From: Bacillota bacterium
Lineage (GTDB): Bacteria > Bacillota > Ch66 > Ch109
Assembly: GCA_050952625.1 (NCBI GenBank)
Contig: JBMNLH010000007.1
Span: forward strand, 64,001-128,000
Length of the DNA: 64,000 nucleotides
Direction of reading: 5' to 3'
Under the pieces are notes generated by a model. The model was not told the DNA's origin. It was given only the letters and a program-made list of their open reading frames with translations, and did not search any database. A program made the position numbers and the translations under genes. Within the stretch, counting starts at the first letter, position 1; each line of letters starts with the position of its first letter. Shown piece after piece: positions 23,571 to 33,847 of this stretch.

Positions 23571-24173
23571 ATGCCTTTACCTGAATTAAAACAAAACAAA
23601 GAAAAAAGACAAAGACTCTTAGAGTGTGCCCTAGAACTTTTCGTTGAACAGGGGTACTTTAATACACCGGTCCGTCAAATCATTGCCAGGTCCGGATTTG
23701 GTACCGGTACCTTTTATAACTACTTCACTAATAAGGAAGATATTTTGAAGGCGTTGCTAGAACAGTTCGCGCACGAGATTATTTCCAGCGTCAAGAACTA
23801 TTACACTGTTGAAAAAGATTTAGGCAAGCGCTTTATCGAAACTAAGCGGTTAAATATGGAGGTCTTCATTCAAAATAGAAAATTGACCGAAATATACTGT
23901 CGAGTAGCCGGAGTCAGCGAGGTGATTGATGCCAGCTTAAAAGAATTCGAGGATAAGCTGATCGAGTTTTTTAGGAAAAATATTGAGTATGGCATTAAGA
24001 AGGGTGCTTTTAATGATGTTCCAGCGACTCCGGTTGCCTATGGTATCCTGGCGATCGAAAAACAACTTTTATATAAATGGATAGTTTTGAAGGATATAAC
24101 CGCTGAAGAGATGATCGAAATGGTCATATCTTATCACGAAACGTTGGCTGAAGGTCTGCTTAAAAAACACTGA
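23571..24173 (+). CDS. TetR/AcrR family regulator
   Basis: ALELFVEQGY...GTGTFYNYFTNKEDIL. Confidence 0.92.
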   Translation: MPLPELKQNKEKRQRLLECALELFVEQGYFNTPVRQIIARSGFGTGTFYNYFTNKEDILKALLEQFAHEIISSVKNYYTVEKDLGKRFIETKRLNMEVFIQNRKLTEIYCRVAGVSEVIDASLKEFEDKLIEFFRKNIEYGIKKGAFNDVPATPVAYGILAIEKQLLYKWIVLKDITAEEMIEMVISYHETLAEGLLKKH

Positions 24174-24300
24174 ACTCGTTTAGCTGCGCTGAACATCGGG
24201 GCTACTGAGACTTTACTCCACCTGAAGTTTAAACACTGAAGTTTAAACACTGAAGTTTAAACAAGGTAATCCCCACTTATGAAGGGGGAGTCCTGTGATT
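24170..24300. repeat. miniature element family A copy with an internal 14-bp triplication
   Basis: tgaactcgtttagctgcgctgaacatc...; ctgaagtttaaaca x3 at 24222-24263. Confidence 0.8.
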
Positions 24301-24536
24301 CAGTGCAATTATGTCTTAGGACCACTTACTACTTCTAGGGGGTGAGAGTCTATAAATTTGTCAAGTCATAATCTGCCTTCAACAAGGTAGTCATATTTAT
24401 TAATCCGGTTTAAACCAAGCGCAATGAAGATTTGGAGGCTAACAGGGTGTCTAAACACCCCGCGGGGAATTGATATATGGATTTTGTCTTTTGACTATTA
24501 AATTAAACCACCTATTTTAAATTTCTTAAGAGTGAG

Positions 24537-25067
24537 GTGTTCTTTTTGCAGAAGCTGAATCCCGACCACGTTAAGGCTGTATTGGACCTGATCAACCGAG
24601 GGCCATACTTTAGGCTCCTAGCGATGGAGGTCCGAGAGATGGGAATAGGCTTTTCGAAGGTTGTGGTTGACCTCGAAGACAAACACCTTAATCCATTTGG
24701 CGGAATTCACGGCGGGGTTTACTCCTCATTGATTGATACGGCTGCTTATTGGGCGGTTTATTGCGAAGTTGAAGAAAATGCTGGACTGATCTCGCTTGAT
24801 CTAAGGGTCGATAATTTAGCACCAGTAAAAGACGGGCGTCTGGTGGTAGAAGGAAAACGGATTAAAACCGGAAGAAATATTTGTATTGCCGAAGCAGAAA
24901 TAGTCAATGATCAGGGTAAACGTCTGGCGTATGGGATATCTAAACAGATGGTTGTGCCAGGGCTGCAAACCATCGCTCAAGCAGTGGCCGCGATGGGATA
25001 TGAACCGATCCCACCCAAATTCATTTATGAACCCACTTTGGAGCTTAAGCAATCAGTCCAAATGTAA
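24537..25067 (+). CDS. PaaI family hotdog thioesterase
   Basis: HLNPFGGIHGGVYSSLIDTA. Confidence 0.9.
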   Translation: MFFLQKLNPDHVKAVLDLINRGPYFRLLAMEVREMGIGFSKVVVDLEDKHLNPFGGIHGGVYSSLIDTAAYWAVYCEVEENAGLISLDLRVDNLAPVKDGRLVVEGKRIKTGRNICIAEAEIVNDQGKRLAYGISKQMVVPGLQTIAQAVAAMGYEPIPPKFIYEPTLELKQSVQM

Positions 25068-25098
25068 TTTGTAATTTAGGAAAGGAACATGCACGATT

Positions 25099-25929
25099 AT
25101 GAAAAAGGTGCTCGGATTGGTCATCTCCCAGAGAAAACTGGGCAACAGCGAACTATTAGTTAAAGAGATTATGAGCAATATCCCTGAAGAATGCCACCTA
25201 GAATTAATCCGGCTGACTGACTTAAAAATCGAGCCATGTAAAGCATGTTATCGCTGCCTGCAACCGGACACCGCTTGCCCGACAAAAGATGATTTTAATT
25301 ATGTAATGAATAAAATTAAAGCGGCGGACGCACTAATTATTGGAATGCCTGTCTATATCCTAGGGCCACACGGCTACTATAAGATGCTGACCGACCGTTT
25401 AGTGGGAGCAGAGAACTACTCCAAATATACGGCCGGTAAACCCTGCGTCATTGTTATCCCCTACGGAACAAAGGGGTGGCAAGGATACAGCAAGACTGCC
25501 GCTCTGGCCATGCCAAGATTCCTGAAAATGAAACTCATCGACTGTTGGCAGGTTCACGCTACCTTACCGGCGGAATCACTGTTGAACCCGGATAACCTGG
25601 AGTATGCGCGTACCTTGGGTCGCGACCTTTTTGGCAATCGGGAATACCCATATGGCCGCCGAGAGTGTATTTACTGCGGGTCTGACTTATTCCGACTGCT
25701 GCCGGAACGAAAAGTGGAATGCCCTCTCTGCGGAGCCCAAGGGATTCTTGACAGCGACAACCTCCCCGATTTTTCCATCACAGATTACTGCCGTTTTGCC
25801 AACAGAGAGATGGAAGAACATTTTAAAGTATGGTTGGTAGAAATGAAACAGAAGTTTTTAGCGGAAAAGGATAGTCTAAAAGAGGTTCAGAAAGGCTACG
25901 GGGAAAAAGACTGGTGGATTAAACCCTAA
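25099..25929 (+). CDS. flavodoxin-like iron-sulfur flavoprotein with C-terminal Zn-ribbon
   Basis: SQRKLGNS, CKACYRC..C, ADALIIGMPVY, CIYC...CPLC. Confidence 0.8.
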   Translation: MKKVLGLVISQRKLGNSELLVKEIMSNIPEECHLELIRLTDLKIEPCKACYRCLQPDTACPTKDDFNYVMNKIKAADALIIGMPVYILGPHGYYKMLTDRLVGAENYSKYTAGKPCVIVIPYGTKGWQGYSKTAALAMPRFLKMKLIDCWQVHATLPAESLLNPDNLEYARTLGRDLFGNREYPYGRRECIYCGSDLFRLLPERKVECPLCGAQGILDSDNLPDFSITDYCRFANREMEEHFKVWLVEMKQKFLAEKDSLKEVQKGYGEKDWWIKP

Positions 25930-26207
25930 TATAAACTGGTTTTAATGGAATTTCAAAGGCAGAGTACTGGAAATATTTTTCTTGCATAATCAGATAGTAT
26001 AAGTGGTGCTTTCTGATTATCAGTAAGTGGTGCAACTAGGCTTCCGCCTGCGCCAAAGGCTTGGCGTAACTGAGTTTTCTTTAACTAGCTTGATAAAAGG
26101 CTAAATGCACCTCCATTATATATAGCCCCCTTAGGGGGGCATATTTTACATTCCACTAGCACTATATCTACCCGATGTTTTCACCTAAGCGATTTGAGAT
26201 TTTGTCT

Positions 26208-26320
26208 GAATGAAAAACTCCCGCTCCACTCCTATAAGTGGGGTACCCTGTTTAAACTTCAATTGGAGTAGAGTCTTTCATCTGAAGCCTCGATGTTCAG
26301 CAAAACTGAACGAGTACACT
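26208..26320. repeat. miniature element family A copy
   Basis: ccactcctataagtggggtaccctgtttaaacttca...gttcagcaaaactgaacgagtacact. Confidence 0.8.
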
Positions 26321-26546
26321 TGGAAATATCTAGGTATTAGGTTGACTATAAAGTTTCTAGATTTTATAATATTAATTAATCGACCGTTTAATTAGTTGTA
26401 TATCTACTATTTTTGTCTGTGTGCACCCTGTTCTCTTTATGAAGCTCGCCGTAAGTTTGGCGGGCTTTTTTAAAGCAAATTCATACTTTCACTTTTTATA
26501 ATAATCAACTGCTTTCCGTCTAGAAAATTCCAAGGGAGGATAAATT

Positions 26547-26999
26547 ATGAATGAATACCAAGTTGAAAATAAGGGTCTTGATGAAAAACTTTTTAATACA
26601 ATATTAAAAACCATCCTCGATATGCCCGCCTTACAGAACATGCAAATAATCCCGAAGTATTTGGCCCCTGGTAAAGCGGGATTTGAAATGACTGTTGACC
26701 CGGCGTATTCCAACTCTAGAGGCACCGCCCACGGGGGATTGATTGCCGCCCTGGTTGATACAACCATGGGATATGCGGGTATCTGTTTAGATCTAATGTT
26801 AGTAACATTAGAAATGAATCTAAATTATTTTGCCTCCGTTAATGTGGGAGAAAAGATTTTTGCCGATGGTGAAGTAATTCATGCAGGTAGGACAACAGTG
26901 GTAGCAGAAGCCAGGGTATATGATAGCAAGAATAAACTCGTGACCAAAAGTCGAGGAACCTATTTTCCGGTTGGTAAAATGTCCGAGATCCAAGATTAA
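26547..26999 (+). CDS. PaaI family hotdog thioesterase
   Basis: NSRGTAHGGLIAALVDT. Confidence 0.9.
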   Translation: MNEYQVENKGLDEKLFNTILKTILDMPALQNMQIIPKYLAPGKAGFEMTVDPAYSNSRGTAHGGLIAALVDTTMGYAGICLDLMLVTLEMNLNYFASVNVGEKIFADGEVIHAGRTTVVAEARVYDSKNKLVTKSRGTYFPVGKMSEIQD

Positions 27000-27610
27000 C
27001 TTGTTTCTCGGACAGACAACATACCCTGCAATAGAATGTCTAGCGTCTTCTCCGCCAGCTTCTCATCATATTTATTTTGGTAGTCTGCCATTCCGGGAAA
27101 CCGGCTGGTTATAGGAGAAGACATGAAATACCAGAGAATCATCCCTCGGATACTGATGGTAACCAATCGGGTATCGATTGGCCGAAAAACTCCAGTTTTA
27201 ACACCTTTGCTCAGTATCCGCTCAATCATAATGAAATGTTTTGCCCAATAACGCTCCACCAGTAAATCCATATCGGTGTCCTTAAAAAAAATGGCCTGAA
27301 AGACTAGTTGAGCGGTCTTATTTCTTCGCCGCAGGAAATTGGTGTATTCGTAGACGTATCTTTTAAGATTGGCGACGGGGTCCCTCTCTTCTTGAATTGC
27401 CGACTCAAGTATTTCGCTCAACTCACTCAGCAACTTCTCGATGATCGCCTGGTAAAGGCCTTGTTTATTCCTGAAGTAGTAATAGATCATGGCACTGTTC
27501 ACTTGAGCCCCATCCGCTATCTCCCTAATCGAGACAGCATCAAACCCTCTATCCGCGAAGAGCGTTTCCGCAGTCTCGATGATCCTTTCCTTGGGGTCCG
27601 ACCTTTTTAT
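26996..27610 (-). CDS. TetR/AcrR family regulator, apparent ATA start
   Basis: Frame stays open upstream of 27502 and encodes KERIIETAETLFADRGFDAVSIREIA; GGAGGA sits 6 nt before ATA at 27610; no ATG/GTG/TTG before the upstream stop. Confidence 0.8.
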   Translation of the reverse strand: MKRSDPKERIIETAETLFADRGFDAVSIREIADGAQVNSAMIYYYFRNKQGLYQAIIEKLLSELSEILESAIQEERDPVANLKRYVYEYTNFLRRRNKTAQLVFQAIFFKDTDMDLLVERYWAKHFIMIERILSKGVKTGVFRPIDTRLVTISIRGMILWYFMSSPITSRFPGMADYQNKYDEKLAEKTLDILLQGMLSVRETS

Positions 27611-28005
27611 ACTAATTCCTCCAATCTTCTCTTTGTCTTTTTCAATTATCGCAGCCCATGTGTCTCCCTGTCAACATTAATGCTAACAATGTCGGAATTA
27701 TAAATATTATTAAAAGTTATCAATCAATTGATCGACACTTTTTAACATTTTTGCTGGAAATATCTGAAATATCTGTTGACTATAATTAAAGAATATTCTA
27801 TACTATTATTAAACAGCCGATAAGTCTGACAAATTACTGTTTCTAATTCTTATGTTCCTATGGGAATTCATTGCGTCTGTTGGTTTATTCAATAAAGCCC
27901 GCCCTAAATTGGCGGGCTTTATTGAAATGACGTGACTAACTGTTATGTAAGATAACAAATGCTTTGTTACTTCTTAAGTTGCAAAAATGAATGGAGGTAA
28001 TAGTT

Positions 28006-29142
28006 ATGAACGAAAAATTGAATTCCTTTCGTAGTTTGGCTGACTCAATGATTCAGGCCCACGAACAAGGCTGTATATTTTTTACTACTGACCTAGCTAA
28101 GTATGACTTCGTCCAGAATCATAAACTAGATTTACCAGGAGTAAAACCCGGCGAACCGCTAATTAACCTAGGTAATATAGAAACTTGTATTAAAGAAAGG
28201 AGGACCCTAGTCGGAGAGATTGAACGCCATATTTATGGAAAACGGATGAAGATTTGGGTTTGGCCAGTTATAGAGAACAACGAAGTAATCGGGACATACG
28301 GAATAATGATACCGAAAGAACATCCGGTAATTCAGGCCTTCGACTACTTTGCAGAACCGCTGGCCAACTCTTTCCCTGAAGGCACAGTTATTCTGGCCAC
28401 TGACAAGGAACAAATTATTAAAAAACAAGGCACGAAGAAATTTGACATTAAGGCTATTCAGGTTGGGACAAAGCTCCAAGAGCATGATGCCGCCCCCCGC
28501 TCCATGCGTTCCCGGTCCCAGGAAGTTTTAAATGTTGGAGCCAAGGCATTCGGCACTCCTTGTCAAATAGTCAGCAACCCCCTGATTGATGAGGAGTCTG
28601 GTGAAGTAGTAGGAGCTTTTGGTCTAATCTTCCCCCGTGCCCTAGCTGTAAAACTTAATGACTTAGCCACCCGATTAGGTGTCAGTACCCAGGAGATAGC
28701 TTCAGTTATGGAAGAGGTCGCCGCTTCTGCCAGCGAGATTTCGATGAATGAAGGGCAATTAAATGAAAAGGTAAAAGAAGTAGCTAACATATCGGTCCAA
28801 ATAAATGAAGTATTAGACTTTATTAAGAGCGTTGCTGACCAGACTAAAATGTTAGGCTTAAATGCGGCAATAGAAGCGGCCCGCGCCGGTGAACACGGCC
28901 GCGGGTTTGGCGTTGTGGCGGAAGAAATTCGCAAGCTTAGTGATCAGTCTAAGGAAACCGCCGAGAGCATCAGAAAACTCACTAAAGAGATTGAGGATAA
29001 GATGGAGGTAATCAGCGGTGCCTCGGGACTAACCCTGAAGCAAAGCCAAGAACAAGCAGCGGCCACCGAAGAAGTAACTGCCTCGATAATGGAAATAGCC
29101 CAAATGGCCGAAAGCTTGGCCGAAACTGCCAAAACATTGTAA
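28006..29142 (+). CDS. soluble methyl-accepting chemotaxis protein with two tandem N-terminal sensor domains
   Basis: [33 protein letters not shown]; no TM segments; duplicated N-terminal module. Confidence 0.92.
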   Translation: MNEKLNSFRSLADSMIQAHEQGCIFFTTDLAKYDFVQNHKLDLPGVKPGEPLINLGNIETCIKERRTLVGEIERHIYGKRMKIWVWPVIENNEVIGTYGIMIPKEHPVIQAFDYFAEPLANSFPEGTVILATDKEQIIKKQGTKKFDIKAIQVGTKLQEHDAAPRSMRSRSQEVLNVGAKAFGTPCQIVSNPLIDEESGEVVGAFGLIFPRALAVKLNDLATRLGVSTQEIASVMEEVAASASEISMNEGQLNEKVKEVANISVQINEVLDFIKSVADQTKMLGLNAAIEAARAGEHGRGFGVVAEEIRKLSDQSKETAESIRKLTKEIEDKMEVISGASGLTLKQSQEQAAATEEVTASIMEIAQMAESLAETAKTL

Positions 29143-29584
29143 GCTTCTTCAACGGTGAACCGATAAACGAAGCCTCTCCCGCCTGCTTTGCTATGAGGCG
29201 GGAACTCCCCGGTTTACAAACCGCAGCCACCGGTTGTTAAGAAACAACCTAACTCTAATAAAAATTTCCATACCAAATATTTCCATTCCACAGACGAACA
29301 GGACCACCTGCACGATCTTCCCTTACTAAAGCCGTCTGTTAAAGCCCAGGCATCTATATGTTCTGGGCTAAGGGTTTGTTCGCCGCTCCTTACTCACCTC
29401 CAAGTTGCAAGTGTTCCGATAAGCCCCACACTTTCTTAATGTTTCATAAAGGCAACAAACCCTTTGTTCCTTCCCCTCGATTCCCGCGACATAAAGAAAC
29501 CACTCTCGATAATAGAGTGGCTTCTTCTCATTTTTTCAGTCCAAGGCCAAAAGTTCAACCAGTTTCTCGGTTTCCGGCCAGACT

Positions 29585-30433
29585 TCACTGCGCTCCCTTG
29601 ATCTCCCCGATATCCAGACTTATATCCAGGGCTTTGACCGAATGAGTAAGCGCGCCTACAGAGATTAAATCTACGCCGGTCGCGGCCACTTCAGCTACGT
29701 TCTCTTCGGTAATTCCCCCCGAGGCCTCCAGCAAAGCTCTTCCCCCGGTTAATTCCACTGCCTGCCGCAATAAAGCTGGTGCCATATTATCCAGGAGGAC
29801 AATATCTACCTTTGCTTCTAAAGCTTCCTGAAGTTGGGCTAGGTCCTCCACTTCCACCTCAATTTTCATCGTGTGGGGAATCTGTCGACGGACCCGCTTC
29901 ACCGCCGCTTGGATGCTGCCGGCGACTTTGATATGGTTATCTTTGATCAGCACGGCATCGTATAGGCCAAACCGGTGGTTGCTTCCGCCGCCCATCCGTA
30001 CCGCATACTTTTCCAGAACACGCAACCCCGGGGTAGTCTTACGAGTATCCACTATTTTCGCTTTGTAATCCTTGACCCTTTCGACATAACGCTGGGTTTG
30101 ACTGGCGATACCCGATAACCGTTGAAGAAAATTTAAGGCCACCCTTTCTCCAGATAAAATAACGCCGGCCGGGCCGAAAACCTCAGCAATCAAGTCCCCC
30201 GCGCGGATGGGTTGACCGTCATTTTTCAGAGCAACAAAAGTAACCTGAGGGTTAAGCTGCTGAAAAACTAGCCGCGCCACCTCGATTCCGGCTAACACTC
30301 CAGAACTCTTGCTGTATAGCAAACCACGGGCCAGCTCCCCGGCCGGCACAATACTGTCAGTAGTGATGTCACCGGTTCCCAAATCTTCCTGCAATGCCCG
30401 ACTAACAATTTCCTTGATTACTTCGTGATTCAT
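29585..30433 (-). CDS. nadC: nicotinate-nucleotide pyrophosphorylase (carboxylating)
   Basis: DTRKTTPG, HRFGL, IKDNH, LLDNM, EASGG. Confidence 0.97.
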   Translation of the reverse strand: MNHEVIKEIVSRALQEDLGTGDITTDSIVPAGELARGLLYSKSSGVLAGIEVARLVFQQLNPQVTFVALKNDGQPIRAGDLIAEVFGPAGVILSGERVALNFLQRLSGIASQTQRYVERVKDYKAKIVDTRKTTPGLRVLEKYAVRMGGGSNHRFGLYDAVLIKDNHIKVAGSIQAAVKRVRRQIPHTMKIEVEVEDLAQLQEALEAKVDIVLLDNMAPALLRQAVELTGGRALLEASGGITEENVAEVAATGVDLISVGALTHSVKALDISLDIGEIKGAQ

Positions 30434-30518
30434 CGCTGTTCGTTAACTCCTTAAGTAAACTCGTTCGTCAGGAGAGTGTCTGAAGTCATTCAAGCAGTAT
30501 AAATTCGTTAGCTCCTTA

Positions 30519-30592
30519 AGTGAACACGTTCAGCTTTATTGAACACTGAGCTTCAGATAGAGAACAGAGACCCTAGTAGGGAGTCTTTTGAT
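30519..30592. repeat. miniature element family A, degenerate copy
   Basis: agtgaacacgttcagctttattgaacactgagcttcagat...gggagtcttttgatt. Confidence 0.7.
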
Positions 30593-30691
30593 TAAGATCA
30601 AAATGAATTGTACTATAAATCGTGTGACGAAAGGCGTGAAGCGTGTTGGTGGAATGGGAAACAGGAAAACCAGAACTATGAGTTTGGCTGA

Positions 30692-32377
30692 TCAATTCCT
30701 TTGGAAAACTATGTGGACTCGCCAAAGCCGATCCCGGGGATTGGGATAATCCAGGCGGAAATGAGCACCCCGGCTTTCTCGGCGAAACCAAGCTGCAGTG
30801 GCGACCAATCGACCGAGCATTAACAGGTTAGCCGCCTCAACTTGGACCGGCTCAGTTATAATAGTTGGAACCCTTAGTGCCTCAGTTGACAGCCAGTTGA
30901 TGGCCTGGACTAAACTTTCCGCATTTCGAACCAAGCCGACCTTGTCCCACATTAACTTCTGGATATTACAAATGGTTTCGGCGGGATCAAAGCCATTTTT
31001 CCAGTCGGTCGCAATAAAATCAATTAACGCTGCTTCAGGTAAAGGTTGATTGCCAAAATCCGGGGTCCAAGCAAGCACCTGATCGGCCCCGTGTCTTTCC
31101 AAAGGAGGAAACTTTTCTAGCGGAGCAATATCCTGCTTGTTCCAAAAGGGCGTGGTGTTCCAAAAGTCTAAGCAGGACCGAACTATCCGATCGCCAAAAA
31201 CCAGCCCATCCAACAAAGAGTTGCTAGCCAAACGGTTGGCTCCGTGCACTCCATTACAGGCTGCCTCGCCGCAAGCATATAGCCCGGGGACCGTTGTTCG
31301 TCCACAGCCATCGGTTTTAATGCCGCCCATGGTATAATGAGCTGCCGGAGCAATTGGGATCGGCTGTGTTCCAATATCTATTCCATATTTCAGACAATTA
31401 CGGCTAATGCTCGGAAAACGGCGTCGGACCCGGTCAGCCCCTAAACGGGTCGCGTCTAAATAAACCGGGCCTTCTTGCAGCTCCTGCCAGATAGCTCGGG
31501 CGACCACGTCTCGTGGTGCCAACTCGGCCAAGGGATGGTAACGCGGCATGAAGCGTTCCTGGCGGTGGTTAAATAACAAGCCACCTTCTCCCCGTACCGC
31601 TTCGGAGATCAAAAATCGAGGTGCCCCGGGCAGTGATAGCGCGGTGGGGTGAAACTGGACAAACTCCAAATCCATCAGCCGACAACCCACCCGATAGGCA
31701 GCCGCTACTCCATCGCCAGTAGCAATCGATGGATTGGTGGTATTCTGGTATAACTGGCCGGCACCGCCGGTAGCCAGCACCGTAACCCGCGCCAGGTAAA
31801 TAATCAAGTGACCGCTCTGCCGGTCCAAGGTCAATACGCCAATACATTGGCCGGCCTGGTTGGTCAAGATGTCCAACACCAAACTATTCTCGTAAACAGT
31901 TATTTTAGATGTTCGTTCACATTGCCGGACCAGGGTTCTCTGGATTTCATTACCAGTCGCGTCGCTAGCATGAATAATTCTCGGATGACTGTGAGCCGCT
32001 TCCCGAGTAAAAACAATATTGCCTTCAACCTTATCGAAGTCAGCCCCCATCCGGATCAATTCGCCTACTCGGGCCGGCCCCTCATTCACCAAGATCTCGA
32101 CGACTGATTCATCGCATAATCCCGCTCCAGCCGCTAGAGTATCCTCTCGGTGGAGTCGTGGAGAATCTCGTTCATCTAAGGCTACGGCGATGCCGCCCTG
32201 AGCTAAGTCGGTATTGCTATCCATCCTTCCTTGCTTGGTTAACACCGTTACTATTCCGTAGTCACTGGCCTTTAAGGCTGTAAACAGCCCGGCAATCCCG
32301 CTCCCGACTACTAAGAAATCAGTCTGAACTACATCCAATTGATTGGGGTCAAACCAAGTCAAGAACCTTCTGGTCAC
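30692..32377 (-). CDS. nadB: L-aspartate oxidase
   Basis: GSGIAG, AQGGIA, QFHPT, ISEAVRGEG, HYTMGG, GVHGANRLASNSLL, ESRGAH. Confidence 0.96.
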   Translation of the reverse strand: MTRRFLTWFDPNQLDVVQTDFLVVGSGIAGLFTALKASDYGIVTVLTKQGRMDSNTDLAQGGIAVALDERDSPRLHREDTLAAGAGLCDESVVEILVNEGPARVGELIRMGADFDKVEGNIVFTREAAHSHPRIIHASDATGNEIQRTLVRQCERTSKITVYENSLVLDILTNQAGQCIGVLTLDRQSGHLIIYLARVTVLATGGAGQLYQNTTNPSIATGDGVAAAYRVGCRLMDLEFVQFHPTALSLPGAPRFLISEAVRGEGGLLFNHRQERFMPRYHPLAELAPRDVVARAIWQELQEGPVYLDATRLGADRVRRRFPSISRNCLKYGIDIGTQPIPIAPAAHYTMGGIKTDGCGRTTVPGLYACGEAACNGVHGANRLASNSLLDGLVFGDRIVRSCLDFWNTTPFWNKQDIAPLEKFPPLERHGADQVLAWTPDFGNQPLPEAALIDFIATDWKNGFDPAETICNIQKLMWDKVGLVRNAESLVQAINWLSTEALRVPTIITEPVQVEAANLLMLGRLVATAAWFRRESRGAHFRLDYPNPRDRLWRVHIVFQRN

Positions 32378-32385
32378 TTAACGTT

Positions 32386-32668
32386 CCTGGTTTCAAAAAC
32401 ACAATCAAACCTAGGAGAACTGGACTAAATCGTGTTTTTCACCCGTTCAACTAACGAGTAGTAGCATCACCGGATTCAGCTACCTAGCCACCAGCTCTCG
32501 CTGATGTTTCAGGTGGTTAATCGGCCGCCCGTCCGTTCGGCCCGAAGGGGAGTGTTGCCCACCGCCTGTTTAAATCTATCCGCGCCCGACTTTCGCCGGC
32601 GATCTGAGCAATGCGGAAGGATTTAAAAAACCAGTAGCTCGTTTCGGTAATGCTGTCAGGAAACCAGG
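32386..32668 (-). ncRNA. unidentified multi-branched structured RNA candidate in the nadA-nadB interval
   Basis: Nested helices on the minus strand with GAAA, GAGA and UUCG tetraloops and G-U pairs; no match to RNA families I recognise. Confidence 0.55.
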
Positions 32669-32712
32669 CTGGCACCACCTTTCTTTTTCATTTTAAGAGT
32701 ATGACTTTATCT

Positions 32713-32821
32713 AAAATCACAAGCTTCCCCCTTCTCGAAGTGGGGTTTACCTTATTTAACCCGAGGTGGAGTAGAGTCTTTCTCGGAAACTTTGATGTTC
32801 AGCCAAGCTGAACGGGGCACT
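32713..32821. repeat. miniature element family A copy
   Basis: aaaatcacaagcttccccttctcgaagtggggtttaccttatttaac...gttcagccaagctgaacggggcact. Confidence 0.75.
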
Positions 32822-32846
32822 GATATCACTCCACTATTGGCAGCTG

Positions 32847-33821
32847 CTACCCCAGAGCTAACATTCGATTAAGGGCCAGAGTCGCTGCCTTGCTGACTGC
32901 CGGCGGGACGGTAACTCGTGGTGTTAACGTCTGAAGAGCTCGCTTTAGTTTAAATAGATCAATGCTTTTCATATTCTCACATAACAGGACTGGTGAAGCC
33001 AAATAAAATGCTTTCTCTGGGTAACGGGTTTGCAACTGGTAGAGGATTCCCTGTTCAGTGCCAATAATAAAACTGTTGTTCGAAGATTTGCCCACATACT
33101 CAATAATCCCGGCCGTGCTAAACACGCCGTCCGCTAAGTTGATTACCTCGGGCCGGCACTCAGGATGCACCAAAACTTCTGCTTCCGGATGTTGATCCTT
33201 AACCTGCTGGACCGCCTCCACGCTTAAGTCGTGATGACTTGGACAGTAACCTTCCCACAAGACCATCTTTCGACCAGTTTTTCTCTGCACCCATTTCCCC
33301 AGGTTTTGATCCGGGACAAAAATCAACGGGACATCAGCCGGTAAAGACTCAACTACCCGAACCGCATTGGAAGAGGTACAGCAGATATAGCTTTCAGCCT
33401 TGACCGCTGCCGAAGAATTGATATAACAAACTACCAGGGCTCCCGGTATTTTTTCCTTTAATAGTCTTAACGCAGCTGGTTCAACCATATCCGCCATCGG
33501 ACAACCCGCATTCTCCTCGGGGATTAGCACTAATCGGTCCGGACAAAGCAAAGCTGCGCTCTCAGCCATAAACTGAACGCCGCACATGACTAACACCTCA
33601 GCTGAGGTCTTGGCCGCCTGCTGGGCGAGTTGCAAAGAATCCCCGACAAAATCAGCCACCCGTTGTATATCGGGCGGCTGATAAAAATGAGCCAGGATAA
33701 CCGCCTTTCGTTCTTTTTTTAAGTCTGCTATCTCCTGGATCAGCTTTACCTTCTGCGGGTCCTGATGACTCGGATTGTACAGCTCCAAAGTCAAAGTCTT
33801 TTCCACGATCCTTCCTTCCAA
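32847..33821 (-). CDS. nadA: quinolinate synthase
   Basis: LAHFYQ, GDSL, CGVQFMAE, AGCPMA, YINSSA, HPEC, GTE, CENMK. Confidence 0.96.
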   Translation of the reverse strand: MEGRIVEKTLTLELYNPSHQDPQKVKLIQEIADLKKERKAVILAHFYQPPDIQRVADFVGDSLQLAQQAAKTSAEVLVMCGVQFMAESAALLCPDRLVLIPEENAGCPMADMVEPAALRLLKEKIPGALVVCYINSSAAVKAESYICCTSSNAVRVVESLPADVPLIFVPDQNLGKWVQRKTGRKMVLWEGYCPSHHDLSVEAVQQVKDQHPEAEVLVHPECRPEVINLADGVFSTAGIIEYVGKSSNNSFIIGTEQGILYQLQTRYPEKAFYLASPVLLCENMKSIDLFKLKRALQTLTPRVTVPPAVSKAATLALNRMLALG

Positions 33822-33847
33822 GCAATTAAGTGTTACAGAAACGAAAC

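Noticed and set aside
24222-24263. 14-bp triple repeat as CRISPR or iterons
   Set aside because: No spacers; it is a slippage expansion inside a family A element
29145-29580. Possible sRNA or ORF between MCP and nadC
   Set aside because: Only scattered hairpins consistent with terminators; no convincing promoter or RBS-led ORF
32460-32660. HDV-like ribozyme (TGGGCAACA), hammerhead, c-di-AMP riboswitch (GCTGAATCC) or group I/II intron
   Set aside because: Only isolated words match; the required helix order and catalytic cores are missing
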